Assembly (NCBI GenBank): GCA_951406725.2
Contig: OX597832.1
Span: 70,308,001-70,372,000 of the forward strand
DNA from: Octopus vulgaris
Taxonomy: Eukaryota
Reading direction: 5' to 3'
Length of the DNA: 64,000 nucleotides
Under the pieces are notes generated by a model. It did no database searches. It saw only the letters and a list, made by a program, of their open reading frames with translations, and was not told the DNA's origin. Shown here in pieces: positions 40,831-52,433 of this stretch; position 1 is the stretch's first letter, and each line of letters starts with the position of its first letter. The translations under genes and the position numbers were made by a program.

Positions 40831-42290
40831 ATTAAATTAGAGATAAAACCACTATTAAGCAAATCAAACAGTGGAAAACATAAACCAAAACATAGAAATA
40901 AAATTAATTAATATAATATACAAAATATATGAAATATTAAATTATTTAAATTTAAAGTTAAAAATTAAAAATTATTAATTTATATTTATAAATTTATATT
41001 TATATAACTATCAAAAAGTATTAAAAAGTTTAATATAAGATAAAAAGTAAAACCACTACGATCGTTTCATGCCCATAACCTAATTCGAATAACAATAATT
41101 TAAATTCAATTAATAATTCGAATTATGGTTATTGTCAATCTTCAGGTTAATGATAATAGTTAAATGAATAATCAAATATATTTAAACAATATTTTTTAAA
41201 GAAATAAAATAATAATTTTTCTTATAAAAAAACTCTATTATCAATCTAGAAACTTTAATGATTATGATTATGTCATACAATCGATTATAATGTTAAATAT
41301 TAATTTTTAAGGTAAGAATAGATAGAAAATGTATTTATCTATTCAGATATAATATGGCTTTAAAAAAACATAATACACTCACAAATATTCTAATCTCAGT
41401 TATAGTCAATACCTAATTACCTAAATATTTAATAATCAAAAAAAATAATCACTATTCATATTATTAAATTTAATTTCAAATCAAATAATTATATAATATT
41501 TGAATAATCACTAAATTGTCAATGAACATATATCAATGTATATAAATATAAGAATTAGGATCTAAAATTATCTCTATCAATAAATATATATGCACATATA
41601 ATAAAAACCTAATAAATTAATTATTCATTATTACTTATGAAATATATTAAAAATTAAAAGATTAAAGATGAGAAAGCAAATTGTAAACAAACAAACTATC
41701 TTAAAAGAACGCTATAACCAATTAACGATCCATACATCTCGTTAGCTAATTTTAAAAAACCGTATAGTTAAGAACTAAAGTGAAATAATGAAATACATAT
41801 CTTCAACAACTAAATACTTATACAATGAAATTATCAATCGGTAGTTATATAGTATCCAATAAATACTACGAATATATTTATCAATGAAAAATACTACTAC
41901 AAATTATCAATTGAAAAAAAGCAATATATATGTTATAATAGAACGAAGTCAACTATTAGAGATATTTATGAATATACAAAATAGCTTTAAGAAAACATAA
42001 TAAACTCACAAATATCCTTAACTCAGTTATAGTCCAAAAAATTATTCATATATTAGATTTAAGTACACATCTAACAATTATAAAATATTTAAAATAATAA
42101 CAAAATAACTATCAACAAATATAGTTAACGACTAAAATTTATTATCTAAGTTATGTAAATAATTATTAGATTTTAACTCTACGATTATTTGTAAGACTTT
42201 ATTTAGCCAATGAGATATATAGATCGTTAATAGTAATACGAGTTGTTTCAAAGTTAGGTTTCATGTCTATACATTTATTGATAGCATAAA
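40820..42290 (-). mobile_element. Penelope-like 3' terminal region (related to 13430-14000), no ORF
   Basis: attaaattagaga.aaaaccactatta.gcaaatcaaaca and ccactacgatcgtttcatg shared with 13517-13640; abuts (TA)n. Confidence 0.7.
41051..41148 (-). ncRNA. Type I hammerhead ribozyme with long stem II and damaged stem I
   Basis: CUGAAGA-long hairpin (auaacc..aauucgaau / auucgaauu.gguuau)-GAAA-CGAUCG-UA-GUGGUU; 5' strand of stem I reads uuaac instead of aaccac. Confidence 0.6.
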
Positions 42291-43811
42291 TTCTCTCTTC
42301 GCTATGTATTCTCTCTTCATTCTCCTTTTTTTCCTTCATCTCTTATATATCCATGCACCGAGTCTCCCCTTACTTCAACTAATATTTTGATCTCACTTTC
42401 ACACTCAAGCCTCGCCCCTATTACCTATTCTCTTATTTCCCACCGCCAATCCTCTCTCTCTATCATATTCACTATTCATATTTATATATATTACTTTCAA
42501 CTGCCAAAGTTTATTCTTTCAGATGCTGTGGTAGGTGACACTCTTGTTATTGCATATACATTTGCTAACATCTGTTCAATGCATGTATATGTAGACACAC
42601 TCACCGCATTTCAGAAACAGCTGTAAAGCATGACAGAGATTCTCTTCTCTCCTATCAGTGACGTCAGAGCATGAAATCTTCGATACATCATCGACTTTTT
42701 TTTCGTGTTTTTTTTTTGTTTGTTTGTTTTTGTTTCTGCTTAATCATATTTAATCTCGCATAAGTATAACTAATTAATAAATGTTTTGATGTCTTTATCA
42801 AACGTCTAACCATCTTTTATTTAATTCTACTCTATATAGAATATGCATGCGGGAAAACATGTAAGTATATGTACGTGTCTATACGTGAGTATAAATATAT
42901 GCGTGTGGCGCATAACTGAATCGTTTGAAGGTCGAATAGAATGCGATAGGTATACAGTATTAATATGTGTATGTATGTATGTATGTATGTATGAAGAGAT
43001 AGATAGAAAGAGAGAGAGGGAGGGAGAGAGATCGAGAGATCGAGAGAAGCAAATCAATAAATAAATCGAGAGACGAACTCACAGCAAATAAATTGAATGG
43101 ATACAGATATAAATGGATCAATGTAAAATAGATGACGATAGCATGTTATGCATGAATGCATATATACATACGCATATATATGTATATGCATACATATATA
43201 TATGAATATTATTCACATGTATGTATGCATGGATGGATGTGTGCATGTGTATATATGTATATAAATGTATGTATACCTGTATGTGTCCGTATATGTTTGT
43301 AAACGTATCTTTATATATGTGCATCTATATCAATTGATATTCATATATATTTATTGTTTACTTGCGTGAATGTATGTGCTTGTATATTGCATGGGCCAGA
43401 GCTACAGTATGGGGGAAAATGGCGGGGGAGAATAGATTTTGGATAGTTTTAAGACTATGTATGTTGGTTTGACTCTACTTTACTATTTCAGTTGTCAACT
43501 TAGAATAAGGTAAAGTGCAGGTAACATGGTTGTCTTAAGGAGTTGTTTGAGTAGAAACGGAAGAAAGTCAATATCGAATCAGAGACGTTCTGGAGAGATG
43601 TATTGACAGAAATCTGGTTGAAGAACGTTTGAACAATGTTGAATAAGTTTGAATAAGGCTTCTACCTACACCGGAGGAAGGAGATATTCATCCGAAGAGC
43701 TTTGTGTTGAAACAACAGCGTTGTTGTTGGATGAAGAAGAACGAGGTGAAAGGAGTAGATGTTTGTCAAATGTGCATATGTATGTGTGCATATATATAAA
43801 TATATTTGTAC

Positions 43812-43877
<66 letters not shown>

Positions 43878-43978
43878 ATTGTATGCATATATATACACGC
43901 ATGAAAACTTACATACATACATGCATGCATACTTATATATATATATATACATATACATATGTATTAGTGTTTGTGTAC

Positions 43979-44037
<59 letters not shown>

Positions 44038-44216
44038 GTATACATCATTTATAACATGTTGTTCTGCACAATGACGTTGAGTGGAACTCATTCTAAGTTC
44101 GTGTGTATAGGAATGCAATGTAAATGATGTATGTATATAGCGTTATTATGAGCTCTGGTGTTTCAGATGTGTATAATAATAATACACACGTGCACACACA
44201 CTCACTCACTCACTCA

Positions 44217-44271
<55 letters not shown>

Positions 44272-44581
44272 TCATACATATGTGCATGAAAACATTTACA
44301 TAGACATTCAAATGTTGAATAAGAAGGAAACATAAAAAACATGTATGATTTAATGTAGGTAATATCCATTTTATGTCTATAATACCTATGTATATAACTT
44401 AACCCTCAGGTTTTAATCATGAATTCTTCCCATAAATAAAGAGTTACTTTCTAACCGAAAATCGTGGCTCCATCGCTGAAACCGTGATATCAGCGTTTAC
44501 GAGTTACATGCATGTGTAAATCTAAATATGCATTTATATATGAATCTACTTATATGCACACATACGTAGATATATACACAT

Positions 44582-44582
44582 A

Positions 44583-44669
<87 letters not shown>

Positions 44670-44694
44670 GAGGAGGAGGAGGAGGAGGAGGAGG
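44582..44694. repeat. (AGT)n-(AGG)n compound microsatellite
   Basis: Direct inspection. Confidence 0.95.
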
Positions 44695-44842
44695 ATGTTG
44701 TTACACGGATAGACGAATTATCAGACGGAAGACAGGAAAACCCAACCAGAGGACCTGAACACGCTCTCCCCTCATCAGTTATCGGCCAAAAATCTTCACA
44801 ATTTCGACGCCTTATCGATAATATTATTCATTTTTGTAGTAA

Positions 44843-45062
44843 GGCGGTGAGCTGACAGAAACGTTAGCACGCCGGGCGAAATGCTGAGCGTTATTTCGCG
44901 TGTCTTTACGTTCTGAGTTCAAATTCCGCCGAGGTCGACTTTGCCTTTCATCTTTTCGGAGTCGATAAATTAAGTTCCAGTTACGTACTGGGCTCGATCT
45001 AATCAACTGTATCCCCCTCCCCAAAACTTTCGGGCCTTGTGACTAGAGTAGAAAAGATTATT
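44843..45062 (+). mobile_element. Full-length tRNA-derived SINE with CORE-like central domain
   Basis: GGCGGTGAGCTG head, B-box-like GAGTTCAAATTCC, central gcctttcatc.tttcgg.gtcgataaattaagt.ccag, tail ending agtagaaaagattatt. Confidence 0.8.
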
Positions 45063-46758
45063 AATTTTTGAGGCTTCAGCAGCAAAATGCTGCTGGGGCA
45101 TAAGTGAACAGACTGAAGTACAGAATGGGACAAAGGCAAAGTAAAAGAGGTTTCTAGTCCAAGCGATAGAATATGTAAAATCCGAAGAAGCAAGAATGGT
45201 AACGGAAGCAAAATATTAAGCAATACTGGTGTTATTTTATTTATACATAGGTCTTTCGGCTACACGAAAGAATCAAGCGAAACAGAATAGTAAACAGAGA
45301 AAAAAAACCCAGATATTTGTTTCGCTGCACACACAGACACACACTCACGTACATAATGAGTATAGGAGAATTGCACAAGACAAGCAGAAGTTGGAGGGAT
45401 GATGAATTGAGAACGGTAGAAAGAAAAAAGAAACGAGAAGTAAAGGAATAAAGAAGAGAAATGTAGACCTCTATGTAGGGCTCCGCAGACAGTGGTGATA
45501 AATAATAAACAGGATAAAAACACCCAGATGATTTGGACACGCTCTCCCCTAATCAATTACCGACCCCAAAACTTCACAGTCTCGACATCTTATTGATAAT
45601 ACGATTCATTTTCGTGAGACAAAAAAAAAGAGGGAGGGAGAGGATCAGTATAAAACATGGATTCCGCGAAACGCACGCTTAACAGAGTAGTTTCCTCCTA
45701 CGGACTCGGCTATGAATTTACACAGTAATCACAATGTCAAGTGAGGCGTATATAAAGCATACGGTGAGGAGGTATGAGAGGTGAATATAAATATATTTAA
45801 TTATTTGTCTTCCATATATTTTTTCAGCCGTGTTGTAACTTTATAACTTCGGTGTTAATTTCAGTATACCAGAAATTATACATTCATGTTAGCATTATGT
45901 ATGTTCAGCATTATACAGCAAAATGTTATTTTCACAAATTAATGCAATTAAAACAGTGTACTTCATCAGATCACAAGAGCATCGAGATTGCATCAACAGT
46001 TCAAAAATTCACGCTTTATAATTTACAATGTATAGATGTCCAGAAATGTAAAAATAGCATTGATTTGGTCAATATAAGGTAAACAAGAAATGAAAGACAT
46101 CTTGTGCCGCAACTCACAAAGATTTTTCTTCCTTTCTTTTTTTTTGTCACATTAGAACACACTTAGATCAATTAAGGTAACGTGCCAGGTATTCCTGAAT
46201 AACCTACTGAATAAAAATGCATATCGCGATGGTGTTGATGTGTGAGCGAGATTACTGTAATTTCTGCTGTGGATGCTTTGCGACCTTTGTTGTGGTTGTG
46301 TAAAAGCTGAAGAGTACAGCTTCCTATTATAAAGTTGACAACTTCCCAGCCTCGAAGCACTGATCCATGAATAATTGAAGATCTTTAAATTACCAGCCGA
46401 TACATTCCCAACCGTTCTACCCATCTATGAAATACTTTGGTAATTCTTTTATAATTCTTTAATTTTATTTCTGATTTCGTCTTATAATTTTGCTTATTAG
46501 TTTTACGATTGGTTCGAAGGCGTTTCAGAATGGTAAATTCCATAATTTTCTATGTGGTACTTTAACTAAATTGATCTGAGAGCGTTCATATGGGTAATAA
46601 ACTTCTTTTTTTATATGAATTACATTATAGTATGTCTTTAGTGTCTGCTTTTTACACACCAAATCAATGTAATATTGTCCAATTACTATTACTTACAATT
46701 AATTAATTACAAATAATATTGTTCCATTCATTGTAGATATAAAGGGTGAACTATTAAT

Positions 46759-46890
46759 GAAGAAGAAGAAGAAGAAGAAGAAGAAGAAGAAGAAGAAGAA
46801 GAAGAAGAAGAAGAAGAAGAAGAAGAAGAAGAAGATGAAGAAGAAGGAGGAGGAGGGTGTGGAGGAGCAGAAGAAGAAGAAGAAGAAGAT
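46759..46890. repeat. (GAA)n microsatellite
   Basis: Direct inspection. Confidence 0.95.
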
Positions 46891-47138
46891 TAATGTAGCT
46901 ATGACGTTCTGGTGATCTAGCGACCTAGCTTTCTTGATTTGCATTCATTTGAGAATATACAGTTGCATTGTATAATTCTGAGCATACATATTAAAGGAAA
47001 CATGTATGTATAATTTTTTGCATACTGAAACTTATTTTACATAAAGAAGGTTATGAAACGGCCGTAGACATATGGACGTTATCTGGTTAAATAAATCTGT
47101 TTTAAGTTATCATTCCACCAGAATTTTTATTTGTACTT

Positions 47139-47337
47139 ATATGTGGGGTTGCTGAAAAGTTCCTGGATTTGGCTAAAAGAAAATACAGGAGGATCAGTTA
47201 ATTATAATTTTATTCAACATATTCATGTCAGATTCACGCGCTCATTGCAGAGGTCCTGTAAAAGAACTTAAAAATAAGGCCTCCAGTCAGGCCTTTCACG
47301 ATACCCTTAAAACCAGGAACGTTTACACTTCACTGAT
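47139..47337. mobile_element. Mariner-like MITE
   Basis: Degenerate TIRs gctgaaaagttcctgg / ccaggaacgtttaca. Confidence 0.45.
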
Positions 47338-47339
47338 AT

Positions 47340-47870
47340 TGTATTTTATCAACACTGGAAAAATGAAAGGTAAAGCTGATTTCGGCCGGATTTGAATTTT
47401 AAGCTCTAAGATCACACCATGCCGAAGTCAATTAGCCTTTGGTCCCCCTGGATTCTATAAAACAAAGAACCAGTCAAGTTATTCGTATCCACAAAAACCC
47501 ATCCCTTAACATTGCTTGTTAGACTCTATTATTTTTTTTGTATCTTTGTCTTTATTATAACTTAAACGAGACGGGTTAACCAATTATATTGATCTCAGCG
47601 TTTCTTCTGTACCTTATTTTATCAGATCCCGGTACGATAAAAAGTAAAATCACCCTCAGAGAGACTTAAAATCAGAACATATCCGGTGGGAACGCATATT
47701 GCAAGGCATTTTACACTCCAAGTTCGAAACTTGCTAGGTTCAAAATTGCTCTTCTCCAATCCGTGCTTGATAAAATAAAGTACATGTCGAGTACTGGGGT
47801 CAGTAAAGTAGATTAACCCCTATCGAAAATTGTTGGCCTTGTTCTTATGCTACAAATCAGCAATTATTTG
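47340..47870. mobile_element. Cluster of about four old SINE fragments in alternating orientation
   Basis: Degenerate matches to 44910-45040 on minus (47340-47400, 47608-47680) and plus (47440-47480, 47720-47870). Confidence 0.5.
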
Positions 47871-48057
47871 CTTTTTGTTTAGTTGTCCTTAAACACATCG
47901 GTCTGGGGACCTGCTGGCAAACGACGTTTTTTTCATCTTCTAACGGTAAATATCCGATGTTTCTCGGCTGTTTTTACACATATACTGCGTTCGAAACTGT
48001 CTTCTTTTTCTCTTTCTCTCTCTCTCTCGCTCTCTCTCTATCTGTCTATATGAATAG

Positions 48058-48157
<100 letters not shown>

Positions 48158-48569
48158 GTGTTTGTGTGCTATTTAGTATTTCAGTGTGTGTGAAATCACG
48201 CGTCTGTTCGCTAGTAATCTGGATATTTAATTTTCTGACGAATGTCGTAGTTTCCAACATGGTTTCTAACACATTTCACGAAATCCTGATTAATTATGGA
48301 ATTGGCCGTAATTCTTCCAGAATAAACAGTCCACTAATTAAACCACACCTGCCGTACATACAAAACACCCACACACACACTCACATACACACTTACCACC
48401 GCACACAACCACACACACTGTCACATGTTTGTGTGTGTGTAGTATACATATGCTTATTTGTGCACACTCACACACACTCACACACACACACACACACACA
48501 CATATACATACTTATACTATGCATGCAAAAGAACACAAATACTCACATACACAGATACAAACATCATTA

Positions 48570-48609
<40 letters not shown>

Positions 48610-48752
48610 GAAGACCCGGTAAGCCGAGGAACTTGAACATACACTGGTGCATACATATACAGACACAAATGTATGAATGTCTACCACAAACGTATACACC
48701 ATTGTCTATGTAAATATACATTTATATGTGAGTGTGTGTGGGGTTTATAAGT

Positions 48753-48791
<39 letters not shown>

Positions 48792-50059
48792 CATATACAC
48801 ATACATATACATATATGCATACATATACATACACACACGCGCGCACAAATACTAACAGAAACGTTTACGTACACATATACACACTGAAGTATACGCACAC
48901 ATTACGCATACACCCACGTACATATACGCATATATAACATATATGTAGTCATATACATACATTGATATATAAATATAAGTAAATACACACGTATGAATAC
49001 ATACAAAATGTGTGTGTGTGTATAAACGGGAGGAGAAAGAGTGAGAGTGAGAAAGAGAGAGTGAGAGAGAGAGAAAGAAAGAGAGTGAACTTCCTGTTGT
49101 GATCCAATAACGGAAATAAACGGGGGACCTAACATTGTATGCGAAGTTATTAGAGAAAGTAGTGGGGTGGGCGGGGAGCTTAATGAGGAGAGGGGGAAAA
49201 AGAAGAGGTGGGATGTAATTATGACGTTCGGTTAAATGAGGGGTGGGGTTGAGTGGTAATAAAGACGATTGTTGGACGGGTAGGTAAGGGTCGGAAAAAG
49301 AGAGGAAATGAACGGTCACCGAAGGCGACTATTAAAGACGATGGCGGGCGTTAGTGGGGATAACAATGATGGCGGTGGTGATGGCGAAAGCGGTAAAGAT
49401 AATGGCAACGATGATGAGGATGAAGGTGATGTTAATAATGGTGATGAGGTGGAGGATGGGGAGGAGATGGAGATAGAAGATGGCGGTAGTGGTGGTGGTG
49501 ATGGTGGTGAGGAATAAATGGATAATAAGGGTTATGATGCAATAATGACGGCGAAGAGGAGGGTGACGGTGAAAACATTAATGACTTTGATAATGATGAT
49601 GATGAGGAGGAGGAGGAGGAGGAGGGGGAGGGGGAGGAGGAGGAGGGCCGGGGGAGGAGAGGAGGAGGATAACGCCCCGATGACGTTCTTTACAATAAAG
49701 AGTTTTAGAAGGGCAGCACTGAAGAAGAAATACGTTTGGAGAAACTTTAAGCCAGAGAGATGGAGAAGAAGTAGGGACGAGTATGTAGAACAGAGGTAGA
49801 GAGAAAGGGAGAGAGAGAGAGGGTCGGAGAAAGGGTGTGTACGAGATCGAGAAAGCGAGAGAGAGAAGTATTGTTATATCACATCACGGTGTTCAGTCTT
49901 GTGAAATGTTGGTGTGCATTACGATGTTAAGTCGATCCTCAGAATGATTTTGTGTGAGTGTGTGTATATCTATATCTATATATAAGTATGTGTGTGCGTG
50001 TGTATTTGTATATATGTACATATGTATGCGTATGTACAAGGTGCATTGTAGAAACTTTC

Positions 50060-50410
50060 TTTCTGGAGAGTCATTCAATTTCAAAACAGTTCAAAACTCT
50101 AATCTCTGACTTCAATACACATCCTGTAACACACCAGTCACTTCTTGAAGGCGCCATAGAAGCGTTGCAGTGTGAAGGAGTTCGGGACTTTTATGTCACC
50201 TCCATGTTGTCAATATTTGGAAAACGACTGTAACTGGGGTGCTCCTTCCGCTGGGAGAACTAAGCCAAAAGCCACAGGAAGCAAGATTTAAACGGTAGGG
50301 ATGGTGAATGACAGCTTGGTGGCCCATTTCTTACAAGTAGGCACTTACCAGAATGGAATTGGGGACTGAAGCATTGTCCTGGTACAGGTGTCAACGACCC
50401 GAGATCAGTG
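50060..50410 (-). mobile_element. Degraded mariner transposase C-terminal fragment
   Basis: HLYQDNASVPNSILVSAYL*EMG..HHPYRLNLASCGFWL resembles HDNA...HPPYSPDLAPCDF. Confidence 0.7.
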
Positions 50411-51109
50411 AAAAAAGTTTTATGTTTTATATAAAAATATAAATATTATTACAATAAATAATATTATTTTCCAGCGAAAGAAAGCACCGTAAAGGTGGTT
50501 TCGGATCTGTTTATGGCTGGGTCTATTGACCGAGTATACAGGCATTGATATAGCGGGTATTTCAAGTTTAGTCTATTCGGTAGACCTAGCTGACGAGGAC
50601 CAATTAGTTTTACGATAACAAACGTATTATGAAAGGATTGAAACTTGAGTACTAGGTTGTCTATTTCTCTGGCGTTCTTCCTAGAAGTAAGACATTTTTT
50701 TTATTCGCCGCTCGCACAAATCGTTGCCTCTATACATTCAATGAAGCTTTACCTAGTGTTGAACGGTTATCGACTGCTATTTCCAGAAAAAAATGGTACC
50801 TTGTTGTGCAACTATTTCTTATTTATAATTCTATCTTTACGGTGCTTTATTTCGTTGGAAAATAATATTGTTGTGTTGTATTTTCGCTGGAAAATAATAT
50901 TATTGTGTTATAATAATATATATATTATTCATTTGTTGCTATCATCGTTTCTCCTATCGCAACTCATTTCAATCTGAAATACAATTTCTATAAATGTCGT
51001 TGAGGCTAGTCGCTTAGTTCTTACCCTAAAAGATTAAAATCAAGGAATCACAAACTAATTTAATCCTGGATATTAAAATACTGATGGGATGAGGATCAGA
51101 TTCAATATA

Positions 51110-51525
51110 CATCTACAGATGCTTGGATGTATTGTCAATGTTGAATTCTGGCGTCACTGGTGTTTGGATCTTGCAGCAAGTTTGCATTTATGCTTTCTGC
51201 TCAAGTTTGTTGGAGACTAAACCTATGTTGAAGCGGCATTCTAGTGAATCCACCGATCAACTATTTTCAGCCAGAGCCTTCTTGTCACTTTGTGAACCAC
51301 CATTTCGTTATTTTTTATTATTCTCCTTCAGCAAACTGACATGGCTGAGCTCCATAAGCCTTGATTAAAGTATGAGTTGCAAATATGTGTTTGCCAAAAG
51401 CCTCTTGCAAACAACTTGTTGTCCAGCCATTCTTGCAGCAAATCTCCACCAACCCGTGGTAGTTATTTCTTCTTTTGAATTACCTCTAACATCTTCTCTG
51501 GAGATATAACTGATAATCCAGCCCT
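51110..51525 (-). mobile_element. Degraded HERO/NeSL-like LINE 3' end
   Basis: FKRRNNYHGLVEICCKNGW..RGF..RRLWLK resembles the RLE C-terminus; truncated at the Helitron junction. Confidence 0.45.
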
Positions 51526-51976
51526 AATCTATATATATATATATAAAACTGAGAATGTGTATCTGTCTGTCTGTTTGTGTGAATCCCTGAAACTTGAGAA
51601 CTACACAACTAATTTCATTCAAATTTTACACATGCCTTACTTAGGGTCCATAGAGTGTCATGGGCAAAAGAATTCTTTTAACTTCTTGCCTAGGGTGAGC
51701 CGTTCAGTATTACGTGTTAAAAGTGAAACAAAAACATCTCTCTACTGTAATGTCAGACACTTTCACTTTACTACTGAAACTAATAAAGTAAAACTATTAT
51801 ATAACAGGGATGAACCATTAACAGTGGACATCCATTTTGATAGAAAAAGATCCGCCATGGTCTTATGCGCTACACCACTGGTTTTCAATTCATATTAATC
51901 GAATTAATATTCAATTTTATACATATATACATGCATACATATATACACACATACACACACACACACACACATGCAT

Positions 51977-52135
51977 AGGTGCAGGTGTGGCTGTGTGGTA
52001 ACAAACTTGGTTCCAAAATACATGGTCCTCAGTTCAGTCCCACTATGTGGTAACTCGGCATGTGTCTTCTGCTATAGCCTCAGACCAACCAAAGCCTTGT
52101 CAGTGGATTTTGTAGACAGAAACTGAAATAAATCA
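51977..52135 (+). mobile_element. tRNA-derived SINE
   Basis: A-box-like GTGGCTGTGTGGTAA, B-box-like AGTTCAGTCCC, body shared with 8332-8433. Confidence 0.7.
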
Positions 52136-52381
52136 ATTGTATACATATGTAAATATATATGTGAGTCTATGTGTGTGTGTTTGTGTTTCTCCCTCATCAC
52201 TGTTTCACAACTGGTGTTCGTTTATTTACATCCCCATAACTTACTGGTTTCGCAAGAAGAAACGGATAGAATAAGTACCAGGCTTATCAAAATAATAAAA
52301 GCACTAGGCACTGTCTCATATTTTTGTTTGCCCACTCAGTTGTATCTTTCAATTTATCTTTGTGTGTGTGTGTATACATAC

Positions 52382-52431
<50 letters not shown>

Positions 52432-52433
<2 letters not shown>

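Noticed and set aside
44765-44810. Minus-strand GAAA...CTGATGAG (type II hammerhead order)
   Set aside because: No stem II or III; core not kept in the duplicate at 45540-45590
46091-46112. tgaaagacat, matching the start of miR-71
   Set aside because: Only 10 nt match and no precursor hairpin
46152-46424. 90-aa minus-strand ORF in unique DNA
   Set aside because: No recognisable domain or supporting gene structure
49308-49799. Acidic/Gly-rich and Arg-rich ORFs
   Set aside because: Degenerate GAT/GGT/GAG triplet DNA with no splice or homology support
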